IMG/VR virus record: IMGVR_UViG_3300042261_002390 | Location: 62,001 to 126,000 of that record | Length of the DNA stretch: 64,000 bases | Reading direction: 5' to 3' (one strand) | Part shown: piece by piece, positions 20,449-28,275 of the stretch | Layout: each line of letters begins with the position of its first letter | Position numbering within the stretch: position 1 is the stretch's first letter | The notes under the pieces: generated by a model | What the model was told of the DNA's origin: nothing | Seen by the model: only the letters and a program-made list of their open reading frames with translations | The model's database searches: none | Program-made: the position numbers and the translations under genes

Positions 20449-20532
20449 TGTGGGATAGTGTAATTGGTAACATATTGGGCTCATAACCCAAAGACAGTAA
20501 TGCTAGTGAAGGTTCGATTCCTTCTCCCGCTA
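20449..20532 (+). tRNA. tRNA-Met(CAT), initiator-type, with 16-nt variable region
   Basis: 1:72 mismatch, anticodon stem TTGGG/CCCAA with three G-C pairs, loop CTCATAA, T arm GAAGG-TTCGATT-CCTTC. Confidence 0.85.
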
Positions 20533-20580
20533 CCGGGGTCATTTTTGAAATTACAAGTATTTATATGAAAAATATAAATC

Positions 20581-21249
20581 ATGAGTAATTACAATGACAA
20601 CAAAAAGTATCATTTCATATATAAGACAACTAATATTCTAAATGGTTCATATTATATTGGAATGCATTCCACAAATAATATCAGCGATGGGTATTTGGGA
20701 AGTGGAAAAAGAATAAAACGTTCTTTGAAGAAATATGGTAAAGATAACTTCAAATTTGAAATTTTAGAATTTACTGAAAATCGTAAAATGCTGATTGAGC
20801 GAGAAATTGCTATAGTAAACTCCGATGTCTTGAAAGATAAACTATGTTTAAACTTGAAAGAAGGTGGTTGTGGTGGATTATGTAATGAAACACATTCTAA
20901 AAATTTTCATGCTGCTGGTGGAAGAAAAGTACGTGAGTATTTTAGAGAAATTCACGCCAATAGAATGAAAAATGATGCTGAATATCATGAAAAATGGAAA
21001 ATTGCGTATAAAAATGCAATTGGCTCTCGTAAAGGAGACACTAATCCATTTTATGGTAGAAAACATGATGATGAGTGGAAAAAAACAATTAGCGATATTA
21101 TGAGAGTAAAACAATCAGGAACTAATAATTCTCAATATAATACTTGTTGGATTACTAATGAAATTGAGAATAGGAAAATAAAAAAAGATGAAATAGTTCC
21201 AGTTGGTTGGAGATTCGGTAGAAATTTGAAGATATTGAAAAAACAATGA
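20581..21249 (+). CDS. GIY-YIG (Seg-like) homing endonuclease, paralog of the 19643 ORF
   Basis: FIYKTT...YYIGMHST...DGYLGSG, NPFYGRKH, NSQY.T.WITN. Confidence 0.85.
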   Translation: MSNYNDNKKYHFIYKTTNILNGSYYIGMHSTNNISDGYLGSGKRIKRSLKKYGKDNFKFEILEFTENRKMLIEREIAIVNSDVLKDKLCLNLKEGGCGGLCNETHSKNFHAAGGRKVREYFREIHANRMKNDAEYHEKWKIAYKNAIGSRKGDTNPFYGRKHDDEWKKTISDIMRVKQSGTNNSQYNTCWITNEIENRKIKKDEIVPVGWRFGRNLKILKKQ

Positions 21250-21373
21250 ATTAGTAAGCGATTCAGTAATGGAGAGAGTAATTGCTGCAAATTGTTGAAC
21301 ATGAAAAGGCTGGTAGACCGTAAATTATTTCTCAGTAGTGCCTCACATAACCTCAATGACAATTACTAATTTA
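21247..21373 (+). ncRNA. Candidate structured RNA
   Basis: AATTAGTAA (21249-57) pairs with TTACTAATT (21363-71); inner GAGAGAGTAATT/AATTATTTCTC helix. Confidence 0.4.
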
Positions 21374-21384
21374 TTCAAACAAAT

Positions 21385-21519
21385 GGAGAAGTAGCAAAGT
21401 GATAAACAAGAAATACTATCTCAATGCTCTTGAAAAAAGAGAACTAATGGTGTTTTCAGTAAAGGTAATGCAATTGTGTTGAAAACAATCTATCGGTGGT
21501 TCAAATCCATCCTTCTCCG
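21385..21519 (+). ncRNA. tRNA-like RNA 2 (anticodon-position UGA) with ~60-nt D-loop insertion
   Basis: Acceptor GGAGAAG/CTTCTCC, D stem GCA/TGC, anticodon ATTGT-GTTGAAA-ACAAT, T arm GGTGG-TTCAAAT-CCATC; same architecture as 19460-19591. Confidence 0.8.
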
Positions 21520-21523
21520 CATT

Positions 21524-21880
21524 ATGCTCAGTCAAGCCTCTTATTCGAAAGAATAATGTAACTGGGCGAAAGACCTGATTCCCGCTAGTCCCTGAAGAAA
21601 TTCAAACTGGTGGGTACGGTTTAAAAATATTAGGGAAAACGTAAAGTGTTTACAGTAACATCGGTTCGACTCCGATATTGTTCGCCAAAAAATGAGCGAT
21701 TAGCCAAGTGGTTAAGGCACAAGTCCGTTAAACTTGCAAAAGAAAAGAATACTTTAAAATTGTTCCCAAAACTTATTGATTTTTGGCTGTTGGTGTCAGT
21801 GTTTTTTTAAAAAATGGGGCGCACCACCTAACATTTGATGGTTAAGAATGGTTTTTCGTCGCTAACGAGTGACTTTTTTT
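21524..21880 (+). ncRNA. Structured RNA containing a circularly permuted tRNA-like module (21660-21736); Y RNA (YrlA)-like candidate
   Basis: T arm, then acceptor 3' strand + GCCA, 6-nt linker, acceptor 5' strand, D arm, GTT anticodon hairpin; extra hairpins; ends at a terminator. Confidence 0.6.
21858..21880 (+). terminator. Intrinsic terminator
   Basis: GTCGCT-aacg-AGTGAC plus T7. Confidence 0.7.
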
Positions 21881-21895
21881 CAAAAAAGATGAATT

Positions 21896-22087
21896 TTAAC
21901 TATGAAAAAGGAGTAGATAGTGAAGCCGGGAGAGCGTTAACTCAAGGGTGCACACTAAGGATAAGCAGCAATGCTCAACTCTCTAATGGTGTGTGAAGCA
22001 CATATATTGTCGCCCGAAAGGATAAAAGAATGGCGTATGTGGTTAGCAAGATTCCTGATAAAAGCTATTGAGTAGTTAATTTTTTTT
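21896..22087 (+). ncRNA. Candidate ~185-nt structured RNA
   Basis: Ends pair (TTAACTA/TAGTTAA); internal CACATA/TATGTG; GCAA- and GAAA-capped hairpins; T8 after. Confidence 0.45.
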
Positions 22088-22269
22088 ACTGAAGAACTTG
22101 TTGTGTATGCAGTAAATTGAAATTTGTCGCCCATGATGGTGGCGACACAAACTTACAAGATACAACAGAACTTCTTCTCAATATTAGAGAAGCAGTGTTT
22201 TTCTGAAAAAACAAGTGGGCGGGGAACTCGACGTGGAAACGTGTCGAAGTACTTCGTCCATTTTTTTTT
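22088..22269 (+). ncRNA. Candidate structured RNA(s) or leader upstream of the vWA gene
   Basis: TTGTTGTGT/ATACAACAG, GTCGCC/GGCGAC, CTTCTC/GAGAAG; then a long hairpin TGGGCGGGG...CTTCGTCCA plus T9. Confidence 0.5.
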
Positions 22270-22349
22270 GTAGTTATTGTAACATTTTTGAATTCAATTC
22301 GTATAATTGATTCTGAATAAAATAAATTGAATTAAATTAATATTGTAGT

Positions 22350-23975
22350 ATGGAAAAATTGGTATTGACACAAAACATGGTTACATCAGTCAAGAAAGCA
22401 TTGATTGATGGATTAACTATTGCTTCTGGTGCTAAGAGCGTTGCTACTTATTACCATAGCAAAGATGAACAGATGAAGGCAATACAAGCACAAATTAAAG
22501 GCATGTATGGTCTTTCGAAAGAACTCCCCTTGATTGTTGCAACACAAAAAGGAGCAACAGGACGATTTGTATCTGAAGTATTATTAAATGAATTTAAAAA
22601 TACTTTAAAGGGTGGCGCATGTAATATTGTCAATCCGATTGATTGGTATGACAATGGTTTGGGTGATAAGGTATTGTTAAATGCTTTGAGAAATTTATCT
22701 GAGAATGGTTTACCTTATGTTCTCCGTTTATATGTTGATTTGAAAAACGCCAAAGTTAATAATGAAAGGTCGAGGAAAATCTTTCTTGGTTTCATTTGGG
22801 GTCAGCCAAATCTTGAATTTTATTCGATGAAATATCGTAATAAAATTGCCGATGTATTGAAGCATATTTATGGTCAAAAGAAAACATCAATATTGCTCTC
22901 AATTGCTCAAAAAGCCGTTAATGGTGGCGAATTTATTGCTACAGATAAGGAAATGAAGATTGCCAATGATTTGTTGCTTAAATATTATGATGGTAATGCG
23001 ATTAAAGCATTTAAATTGTTATTGTTCTTATTTAAAAAGGATAAGGGTGTTAACTATGATGCTGCTGAATTTTCATTGTTGAGCGAATACCAGAAAGCTA
23101 AGGTAAATATTAGTTTAGCAAAGCTTGTACCTGAAGAAGTATTGATTGGTTTGATTTCGAATAAAAATCATCCTCAATATAGTACAATGTGGTCAACTGA
23201 TGCACAAAAGGCTGCAACGAAGGCAATGATTCGTAAAAATGTTGAAGTTACGTCGGTAAATCAACAAGTACGTCAAACTAAATCAACAGCTAAGTTAGGT
23301 GTTGAAAAAGAGGTTGAACTTGAAAAAGCTACCGATTTCTTGGCACTTTACAAAACTGCATATGAAAATGGTTGGACTGATGAATTGAAAATTGCAATTG
23401 GTAAACTCGCAGTTAAGAAGAAAATTCAAGGATTCTTATATCAGAACATCGGTATTATCGTTGACGATAGTGCTTCTATGACTGGTAACAAGAATGAGTC
23501 TAAGAATACACCGAGAGCAATTGCCGAATTTACTGGTTTAGTACTTCAAAATTCTGCAAGGAATTCTGTTGTTGCACGTACAAGTGAATTTAGTACAGAT
23601 TTAGCATCAGCATTTATCCAATTATTGAAAGATGAAAATGATAGTCAATATGATGCTATTTTCATCATTACCGATGGTTATGAAAATGCTTACGATGGAT
23701 TGACGAATGAAGTTATCTCAATCTGGCAAGCTGAAACTGGTAGAAGTCTACCAATATTCCAGATTTCGCCTATTACTAGTGCCGAAATGGGTGCTAATGT
23801 GAGAAAGATTGGTGATAGTGTTGTTCCTATGTCGGTGAATAATCCATCTGCAATTCAGCCACAAATCAATGCGAGATTGCTTGAAATTGACGCTAAACTT
23901 TGGTTGGAAAATGAAGTACGTCAATTGGAATCAATTTCGATTACAAGAAAAGCAAAAATTAGTGTAAACGTTTAA
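22350..23975 (+). CDS. vWA-domain protein with long helical N-terminus, putative Ro60/TROVE-like RNA-binding protein
   Basis: C-terminal MIDAS: IIVDDSASM, STD, FIITDGYEN; 541 aa, Ro60-like size and layout. The TROVE assignment is inferred. Confidence 0.65.
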   Translation: MEKLVLTQNMVTSVKKALIDGLTIASGAKSVATYYHSKDEQMKAIQAQIKGMYGLSKELPLIVATQKGATGRFVSEVLLNEFKNTLKGGACNIVNPIDWYDNGLGDKVLLNALRNLSENGLPYVLRLYVDLKNAKVNNERSRKIFLGFIWGQPNLEFYSMKYRNKIADVLKHIYGQKKTSILLSIAQKAVNGGEFIATDKEMKIANDLLLKYYDGNAIKAFKLLLFLFKKDKGVNYDAAEFSLLSEYQKAKVNISLAKLVPEEVLIGLISNKNHPQYSTMWSTDAQKAATKAMIRKNVEVTSVNQQVRQTKSTAKLGVEKEVELEKATDFLALYKTAYENGWTDELKIAIGKLAVKKKIQGFLYQNIGIIVDDSASMTGNKNESKNTPRAIAEFTGLVLQNSARNSVVARTSEFSTDLASAFIQLLKDENDSQYDAIFIITDGYENAYDGLTNEVISIWQAETGRSLPIFQISPITSAEMGANVRKIGDSVVPMSVNNPSAIQPQINARLLEIDAKLWLENEVRQLESISITRKAKISVNV

Positions 23976-23986
23976 AATTTGAACAT

Positions 23987-25084
23987 ATGAATACTAGAGA
24001 TTTTTCAGAATTATTAAAAGGTTGTCGTCCTGTTAAGGATAGTGATGGCAACATCGTAGTTCAGTCAATAATGAACATGCAGATTGTATGTTTAACTACT
24101 GATAATGAGTTTTCGTTGGATAGTCGTTTCGGTAATCCTTTAACTGCTTTGAAAGCAGGTAACTCTTCATATGGTCAAATTAATTTTACTAATAAAGAGA
24201 ATAAGGAAATTATCGTTCCTACTCAAATGGCTGTTATGACCAAACAAACTGCCCAAAACCACGGTATGACTAAAGCAGGTTATATTCCCGCTAAAGGAAA
24301 TATTACATTTAGGGATGCTGGTTGTGTTCAAGGTTCTCAAGGCGGTCATTTCAGTGACACTCAGGAGTTCCGTATGTTGCCAATATCAATGCGTGAAATG
24401 GTACTTGATACTATTGGTACTCCGGAATCATATCAAAGAATTTATCCTGCAATTAATAAATTGGGTGTTGACACACAATCAAATTCAGGTAGTTATTTGA
24501 ATGTTTATTTCGATAAATACGATAAGAAACTTGAACAGTTCATCGCACATTTTGAACGTCCAAAAAACCTTATTGGTATTGTTGTGTTGGTTGATGACGA
24601 AATTGTTGGTATCGATAAGTTTCCATCATTCACATATGCAGAACAGGTTTGGGATATGATGATTCGTGACTGTTATGGGTCACTTGCAATTATTTCTGAA
24701 TTGAAATCTAAGAAATCACGTGCAGTATTTGCTGAATCATATAATGAAGTGAAGAAACATCGTGAAGATGTTGTAACTATGCTTGAAAAAGCGTTGTTAA
24801 AGACAAAACAGAAAATGACTGCAAGTGTTCAGGAAAAGATTCAAGAATTGCTTGATTTAACTTTCGATGCAACTCCTGATACTGTAGGTAACCCAACAGC
24901 AGGTAGTCATGCACCAAAATCATATGTCCTTAAAACTGAAGGATATGTTGGTCAGGTATTAACTGAAAACGAATACAACCATATGGTTAGTATCGTTAAA
25001 AGGGAAAGATTTGACCCAACTGCATTTCGTCAGGTAAACGAGTTAAGAAATAAAGCTCGTAAACAAGACAGATTCACATTATAA
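23987..25084 (+). CDS. ARPP-family-like (DUF6569-type) protein
   Basis: KQ.AQNH, AGCVQGSQGG, IGIVVLVDDEIVGID, RDCYG recall ARPP domains; 11 nt after the vWA gene. Confidence 0.55.
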   Translation: MNTRDFSELLKGCRPVKDSDGNIVVQSIMNMQIVCLTTDNEFSLDSRFGNPLTALKAGNSSYGQINFTNKENKEIIVPTQMAVMTKQTAQNHGMTKAGYIPAKGNITFRDAGCVQGSQGGHFSDTQEFRMLPISMREMVLDTIGTPESYQRIYPAINKLGVDTQSNSGSYLNVYFDKYDKKLEQFIAHFERPKNLIGIVVLVDDEIVGIDKFPSFTYAEQVWDMMIRDCYGSLAIISELKSKKSRAVFAESYNEVKKHREDVVTMLEKALLKTKQKMTASVQEKIQELLDLTFDATPDTVGNPTAGSHAPKSYVLKTEGYVGQVLTENEYNHMVSIVKRERFDPTAFRQVNELRNKARKQDRFTL

Positions 25085-25105
25085 TAATAGCGTGAATAAA
25101 AAAAC

Positions 25106-25138
25106 AACCCTGTAGGAAATTTTCTTACAGGGTTTTTT
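25106..25138 (+). terminator. Intrinsic terminator ending the vWA-ARPP operon
   Basis: AACCCTGTAGGAA/TTCTTACAGGGTT plus T run. Confidence 0.8.
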
Positions 25139-25273
25139 GTTTTATGGTGTTTTTAATTTGATTTTGTGGTATTTATTATAAATAATTCCGAACAAAAAAG
25201 TTCGGAATTGGTAACTTAATGGACGGTCATTGAGTTACGAAAAATAACCATAAAAAAATCTAAATTAATTAAA

Positions 25274-26398
25274 ATGCCATTTTTTGCAAGACCTAACCTA
25301 GATAATGAACAATTTAAGCAAATTCAGGGTACTACATTAACATTATCGGGTCAAACCCAAATAGCTACAGTTAGTGGATTTACATTAACTGATGGTACTG
25401 GTAATAATATACCTGTTATTGCTACTGGTGGTACTAATTATGATGTTTTAACCTATCTTAATGGTAAAATTTTATTAGAACCTGTTAGTGGTATTACTGG
25501 TAATGCATATAGCGGTAATTCACCAACGACATGTACTGTCGGTGGTTTAATTTCTGGAACTAGTATTAACGGATGTAGTATATCGTGTATTATTCAAGAT
25601 ATGGTAGCACCTCCGCTAAACCCGACAATAACATCACCGTCGATTGGTTTTACAATATCTCCTTCAAATATTTTATATGAAGTTGGCTCAACAATTAGCG
25701 TAACTGGATGCACTGTTTTTGATAGAGGCTGTATTACACCAGCATATTGTGGAACATGTAGTAAAAGAAGTGGTTCTGCAGTATGTTATGAATATAATGT
25801 GTGGGGAGTTCCCACATGTACTGTTAGCTCATTACCAAATAATTCAACATCTTTTACTCCATATCAAGCTGCACCGGGAAGCGTAAATACTTTAACTAGT
25901 AGAACATGGTATTCTTCTGGTTGTACTCCCGCATATAATAGTCAAGGTAGTGAATATAGTGCAGCATTATCATCAGGTTGTACACCAACATCAACAATAA
26001 CGATAACTGGTATATATCCATATTACTATGGTAAAGTTGCTAGTGGAAATGTTGCTGCCGGGTTAAACAGACCATCTGCAACTGCTGCATTGATTACTGG
26101 TGGTACTAAGGTTGTATGCAGTAGTAATAATACAATTTGCCTTAATTTTAATAGTACTTCTGATGATTACATTTGGTTTGCAACACCCGCAGCCAGCATT
26201 ACTAAAACATGTTGGTACGTTGATTCTGCAAACAATGGAATAATTAGTGGTGGCACTACAGTTGGTGGTAATTTATTTCCAGCTCCCGTTACTGTTAACG
26301 GTGTTGCAAATGTGTGTTGGAGTGGGCAATCATATAAGCTATACATTAGTAATTATCAAACCACATCAAATAAAATAATTGAACTAAGAAATAATTAA
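25274..26398 (+). CDS. Virion fibre/structural protein, Cys-rich C-terminal domain
   Basis: T/S/G-rich; RPNL..QF.Q N-terminus shared with 39242; C-terminal domain homologous to 26406. Confidence 0.6.
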   Translation: MPFFARPNLDNEQFKQIQGTTLTLSGQTQIATVSGFTLTDGTGNNIPVIATGGTNYDVLTYLNGKILLEPVSGITGNAYSGNSPTTCTVGGLISGTSINGCSISCIIQDMVAPPLNPTITSPSIGFTISPSNILYEVGSTISVTGCTVFDRGCITPAYCGTCSKRSGSAVCYEYNVWGVPTCTVSSLPNNSTSFTPYQAAPGSVNTLTSRTWYSSGCTPAYNSQGSEYSAALSSGCTPTSTITITGIYPYYYGKVASGNVAAGLNRPSATAALITGGTKVVCSSNNTICLNFNSTSDDYIWFATPAASITKTCWYVDSANNGIISGGTTVGGNLFPAPVTVNGVANVCWSGQSYKLYISNYQTTSNKIIELRNN

Positions 26399-26405
26399 TC
26401 ATAAA

Positions 26406-28256
26406 ATGTCAATAAAACTTAACGATAATATTAAAATTAATGCTGGTAAACCAATAGATACCAGATATTTAAATGCTGATAATGAAACATTTTCATCGAT
26501 TAGTGCTGTAAATTCCGAAATTCCGATTGGTGAAAGATATGTTGGCTTAACCGTTAATATCAATAATGTTGAATATTGGTATAAAGACGGTGTTGATGAT
26601 GCTGATTTAATTGAAAAATTAATTGACATTCAAAATTATGTTACTGGTGCTACTAATGTTGGATATTTCAGTGGAAAAACGGGTGTTCAAACATTACCTA
26701 TTGACCATTTGGTTGGTAGTTTATTTGATGGTAATTATTTGTCACTTTATAATTACTATTATCGTGGTACTGATGGCAATATTCATATCGGTACACCTAG
26801 CGATGGAATACCAAAGCGTGGATATGTGAAATCAACAGGGCAGGTAAAATCTTGGATATGGAATGAATATACTGGTGGTACTGACATGTTGGGATGGATT
26901 TTAATTGATGGTGATATCTCTAAGCAATTAGGTACATTTCAATATAGCAGCAGTCCATTGTATTACAATGGTTTAACAACATTTCCATATGTTCAAACAA
27001 GCTGGACTACAGGTAGTGCATATAATAATTCATCAAATTTGGTTATTAATACTGTTCTCGGTAGCCTAAATACTGGTAATACTATAACTATTGGTGGTAG
27101 ACCATATGATTATAAGATAGATAAAGACTTGTATTTTAGAACGGTAATATCTGAAACACCTTCAATTGTAAATGTGAGAGATGATGAAACTTTCATTTAT
27201 GTTTCAGGAAAAACTGTTTCAGTTAGTGGGTCAAATTTGGGCACGACTGGTGCTAGAGTATATGCTAATACATCTGGAACTACACTTAATTTTAGAAGAA
27301 TAATTGGTAGTGGTGATACTAGCGTTAGCGAAGTTGGTAATAGTATTATTGTGTATTCAAGTGGAAGTACTACACCAGAGAATAGATATAATTTAAGTAG
27401 TCCCTCAACTGTAAGTGTTGGTGGATTGATATCTGGCTCAACATTAACTGGAAATACTTCATTTGAGTTGTTTGAAAAAATATTAGTCCCGACAGTATAT
27501 CCAACTCTTACAAACCCAAGTATAAATATTGCAATGTCACCTTCAGGAACAACTGAAATTGGTACTGTAATACCTACAATATCAGTTACCGGAACATTTA
27601 ATCAGGGTTGTATTAATCCTCAATATAATGCGGTATGTGATAAGAGAAGTAATGGTGCATTATCTTATTGTTTTACTGGTGCACAAATAACCTATTGTTG
27701 CGTTGATACCAGTAATTCTAGAACAGAATATGTTACATCATATTCGGTACTCCCGGGAGTACAAACATGGGGTGTAAAGGTTAATTATCAGGCAGGTGTT
27801 CAACCTTTTGATAGTAAGGGAAATTATTATTGTAGTCCATTACCAGTTGGCTCAACTTCAACTGAAACAGCAACAATAAACGGTATTTTACCTTGGTATT
27901 GGGGTTTAAGTAGCTCAATGTCAGTAAATAGTTCATGCATTGCATTATGTGGTCGTGATGGTCTTGGTTGTAAATGTGTTGATGATGTTACAACAGCACC
28001 ACTTGAAATTACATTCAATAGCACCGCATGTGATTACATATGGTTTGCATTGCCTGCATGTTCAGATATTAAAACTTGCTGGAATGTGAATACTGGTAAT
28101 AATGGTTGTGTTGGTGGTGTAGGTAATCTATTTTCCAGTGGTTGTACAGTATCTGTATCGTCATATGAAGGATGCTGGAATAATTGTGATTATGATGTTT
28201 ATGTAAGCTGTTATAAAACAGGTACTGCAGCAAATATACCAATGTACATAAGTTAA
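26406..28256 (+). CDS. Virion fibre/structural protein
   Basis: N-terminus (KP.D.RYLN...RYVGLTVNI..VEYWY) shared with 28276; C-terminus shared with 25274. Confidence 0.6.
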   Translation: MSIKLNDNIKINAGKPIDTRYLNADNETFSSISAVNSEIPIGERYVGLTVNINNVEYWYKDGVDDADLIEKLIDIQNYVTGATNVGYFSGKTGVQTLPIDHLVGSLFDGNYLSLYNYYYRGTDGNIHIGTPSDGIPKRGYVKSTGQVKSWIWNEYTGGTDMLGWILIDGDISKQLGTFQYSSSPLYYNGLTTFPYVQTSWTTGSAYNNSSNLVINTVLGSLNTGNTITIGGRPYDYKIDKDLYFRTVISETPSIVNVRDDETFIYVSGKTVSVSGSNLGTTGARVYANTSGTTLNFRRIIGSGDTSVSEVGNSIIVYSSGSTTPENRYNLSSPSTVSVGGLISGSTLTGNTSFELFEKILVPTVYPTLTNPSINIAMSPSGTTEIGTVIPTISVTGTFNQGCINPQYNAVCDKRSNGALSYCFTGAQITYCCVDTSNSRTEYVTSYSVLPGVQTWGVKVNYQAGVQPFDSKGNYYCSPLPVGSTSTETATINGILPWYWGLSSSMSVNSSCIALCGRDGLGCKCVDDVTTAPLEITFNSTACDYIWFALPACSDIKTCWNVNTGNNGCVGGVGNLFSSGCTVSVSSYEGCWNNCDYDVYVSCYKTGTAANIPMYIS

Positions 28257-28275
28257 AAAGTAAAATTTAAATAGA

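Noticed and set aside
21660-21810. Two-piece (permuted) tmRNA: G3-U70 pair and a resume-like AAACTT-GCA-AAA-GAA frame of 24 codons (21736-21810)
   Set aside because: Discriminator is G, not A; a true D stem and an anticodon hairpin are present; only ~17 nt separate the D arm from the GCA, too short for P2 and pk1; the peptide lacks an ALAA-type end. ARAGORN or a tmRNA covariance model would settle it
21896-22200. RNase P or SRP RNA
   Set aside because: Only fragments resemble them (AAGCAGC, AACAGAA); the RNase P GAGGAAAGUCC/P4 and SRP helix 8 consensus are absent
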